Shown here: positions 61,554 through 64,000 of the stretch, one piece after another
Layout: every line of letters starts with the position of its first letter
Position numbering within the stretch: the stretch's first letter is position 1
Source of the DNA: a virus
DNA: 64,000 nucleotides
Strand: one strand, 5' to 3'
IMG/VR virus record: IMGVR_UViG_3300009506_000018
Span: 3,251 to 67,250 of that record
Translations under genes and position numbers: made by a program
The notes under the pieces: generated by a model
What the model was told of the DNA's origin: nothing
What the model saw: the letters and a program-made list of their open reading frames with translations, nothing else
Database searches by the model: none

Positions 61554-64000
61554 ATGACCACACTCGCAATCTTGAACGGGGACTTCGAGATCCTGTTCGA
61601 AGACGAGACGGTTGGCTCGGGTGTGACTGGTATGCGGATGATCCGCCGTGCTGCCGGAGCCTCGTCAACCATCTACACGACCCTGCAGCTTTACTCTGCT
61701 GTCGCCGACGCGGCGGACGAGTTTCAGGCGATGGGATTCCGCAACCCGATGCTCCCGGTGACGCCGAATGCGTTCACCATGGAGAACAAGTACTTCATCC
61801 CGAGATCCTCGACCGAGTGGCTGAAGGAAGGCACGATCTCCGCCGACTGGAGTTATACCGCTTCGCCTGACAATGTCGGCAACGGTGTGGTCTGCGTCAC
61901 GTGGAGCGGCGGCACCGGGCCTGTCACTGGCGACATTGGCAGGCTCATCACGCAGGGCGACACCTCCGACACCGGCACCCTGCTGGACTTCGAGACACTG
62001 CCGGACGGCAGCACCGTGGTATGGATCAGGCCGGATGATTCGACGCCCTCCACGGGCGACGTGTTCGACGGCACCGGCACGCTGATTGTCTCCGGCGGCA
62101 CGATGTCGGCTACCAGCTCCAGCAATGCCCTGATCGGCAACACCCGCTACACCGCCATTCAGGCCATCGGTAGCGTCCCGGCTGGTACCGAGGTCTACGT
62201 GTACCAGAACCGCTTCAAGCTGACAGACTGGGAAGGCAACTTCCAGTGGTGGTCCACTGACCCGACCGTGTCGCTGGGCATCATCTCGGTCCTCGTCAGG
62301 ACGCACATCGGTGCGGCTGCCCTGACCGCGACCAACGGCATAGCCGACTCGGACCTCGAAGTCTTCGCCAGACGCTACACGTCGCTGTACGACAACTTCC
62401 GACTGAACGTCGCAGGTGGCGGTTTCTCGGCCCTGCCGCTGGCTTCCAGCCCGGACATCAACAACACCACCGGCTACCAGACCTTCACCGGCTCGACAGG
62501 CACCGGCACATTCAACGTCGGCAATGCGATCTACGTGGGGGCCAGCTGGGCGGCAGCGACGAAGAGAGGCGTGCTGACGGCGGTAGGCGGCACTGGGGCG
62601 GCTCCGGTACTTGAGTACTACCTGATCGGTGATCTCACCGACTTCGCCGCCTCCGATGCGGTCAAGGAATACGACTTCACCACGCTGGCGGATGGCGATG
62701 CGACCTGTACGGCAGCAGCGCCGACCACCAACCTCGGGGGCCCAACCGACTCGACCTCCGGTGAAGGTGGCACGGTGACCATCTCCCTCGGCCACACCAC
62801 GGCAGACTTCGATGGCAATGGCTCGGTGGAGCCCTACTCGGTGACGGTCAACGCGCAGACCAACGTGCCGGTGGCGAAGGTCTACGAACGGCTCAAGTAC
62901 GTGACCCGGAGAGGCGCTTCCGAGACTGACCTGTTCGGAGCCGGGGTCGCCGTACCGGGCGAGTCTTATCGTGGACTGGAGGCGCTGTACTGGTACGACA
63001 ACCCGGTCGGCACTTTCACCGAGGGCGACAACATCACCGGAGCAGGCGGCTATACCGCCCGGGTGATCGCCGTGAACACCACGCCGTCTGGCGAGGGCGC
63101 ATCACAGGCGTACATCACGGTCACCGACCAGCAGACCTCACTGGATTCGGTGGCGAACAACGACACCCTGACCGATGAGTCCTCGGACACAGTGGACGCG
63201 GACAACGCGGGCGCTGGCGGAGCGTTCAAGTCCATCAGCTCGCCGAAGGCCAGCCCGCTGGGCACCTTCACGGGTACGGTGATCTTCGGCGCTCAGGGCG
63301 TGCTGTTCTCCAACATCGACAACGACCCGCAGGCCTACACCCTGACCGACGACATCGGCACGCTGCGACCGCCGCCGAATACCGTCACGATCCTCGTGGG
63401 CAACACGGCGTCCGGCGACCGGGTGCTGGTGGCACGCGACACCGGGACGGCTGGCGTGATTGACCGCGACCAGTTCGGCGGTATGACGGCCACGGCAGTG
63501 TCGGCAAAGTCGGTGACCGTGGGGGGCACGATCGACTCCGAGGTGCCGAGCGTGGGCGTGGTCAGGATCGTCGATACCGGCACGTTCGAGGAGCATCGCT
63601 ACTACTACAACAGCTACACCACGACAGCCTTCAACTTCATCGACATCACCGCCTCGGCGGCGACGGCAGGCACGTCTGATACCGCACTGGTGGATTCGAC
63701 AGCCACGTTCGTCACGGAAGGCGTGCAGGTGGGGATGCTGATCTACGTGGCGGGCCGCACCTCGACCTACGAGGTGGTGTCGGTCACCAACGAAACCAAT
63801 CTGGTCATCCAGCTGATCTACGGCGCTGGCGGATTCGTTTCGACCGATACCTACACCATCAACGAGACGATTCAGGCCTACGATACCGCTGACGACATCT
63901 ACGACCTGATCCTCGACTACGAGGCCACCACCACGTCGCTGTCCAACACCATCGTCAAGACCCCGGCGTCGAACTTCGGTGTGGTGGTTAACGTGCGACA
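61554..64000 (+). CDS. Large beta-rich virion-type protein, partial (runs off window)
   Basis: ATG at 61554 with GGAG SD; MTTLAILNGDFEILF...; frame spot-checked open at start, middle and window end; T/G/D-rich. Confidence 0.6.
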   Translation, partial: MTTLAILNGDFEILFEDETVGSGVTGMRMIRRAAGASSTIYTTLQLYSAVADAADEFQAMGFRNPMLPVTPNAFTMENKYFIPRSSTEWLKEGTISADWSYTASPDNVGNGVVCVTWSGGTGPVTGDIGRLITQGDTSDTGTLLDFETLPDGSTVVWIRPDDSTPSTGDVFDGTGTLIVSGGTMSATSSSNALIGNTRYTAIQAIGSVPAGTEVYVYQNRFKLTDWEGNFQWWSTDPTVSLGIISVLVRTHIGAAALTATNGIADSDLEVFARRYTSLYDNFRLNVAGGGFSALPLASSPDINNTTGYQTFTGSTGTGTFNVGNAIYVGASWAAATKRGVLTAVGGTGAAPVLEYYLIGDLTDFAASDAVKEYDFTTLADGDATCTAAAPTTNLGGPTDSTSGEGGTVTISLGHTTADFDGNGSVEPYSVTVNAQTNVPVAKVYERLKYVTRRGASETDLFGAGVAVPGESYRGLEALYWYDNPVGTFTEGDNITGAGGYTARVIAVNTTPSGEGASQAYITVTDQQTSLDSVANNDTLTDESSDTVDADNAGAGGAFKSISSPKASPLGTFTGTVIFGAQGVLFSNIDNDPQAYTLTDDIGTLRPPPNTVTILVGNTASGDRVLVARDTGTAGVIDRDQFGGMTATAVSAKSVTVGGTIDSEVPSVGVVRIVDTGTFEEHRYYYNSYTTTAFNFIDITASAATAGTSDTALVDSTATFVTEGVQVGMLIYVAGRTSTYEVVSVTNETNLVIQLIYGAGGFVSTDTYTINETIQAYDTADDIYDLILDYEATTTSLSNTIVKTPASNFGVVVNVR

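Overview
The whole window is part of a GC-rich tailed dsDNA phage genome with podovirus-like virion genes. It has five parts. (1) 1-34981 (+): late operon with capsid, neck/tail, many fibre/adhesin genes, GNAT plus ejection proteins, a 4544-aa polyvalent ejected protein, GH108 endolysin and holin. (2) 34978-40450 (-): small genes, SSB, RecT-like and YqaJ recombination genes. (3) 40576-45548 (+): Cro-like HTH, an iteron origin, O-like initiator, SF2 helicase, primase and Ref-like nuclease. (4) 45664-54263 (-): early operon. (5) 54385-64000 (+): terS followed by accessory and fibre-like genes. No terL, portal, DNA polymerase, integrase, cI, tRNA, CRISPR or RT is visible; some may lie outside the window. 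Top observations: (a) two type II hammerhead ribozymes with covarying pseudoknots punctuate the early operon and bracket a 2420-nt four-gene cassette; (b) a complete overprinted unit (TATAAT, the phage-specific GGAGAACC RBS, a 68-aa ORF, a 10-bp GNRA hairpin) is nested inside the giant ejection gene; (c) a SPOUT-methyltransferase-like gene sits next to an Rmf-like/collagen fusion; (d) core tail proteins carry grafted lectin domains, including a 260-aa LamG insert in the nozzle; (e) the iteron origin lies outside a truncated initiator gene. All family assignments are by motif recognition by eye; no database searches were run.
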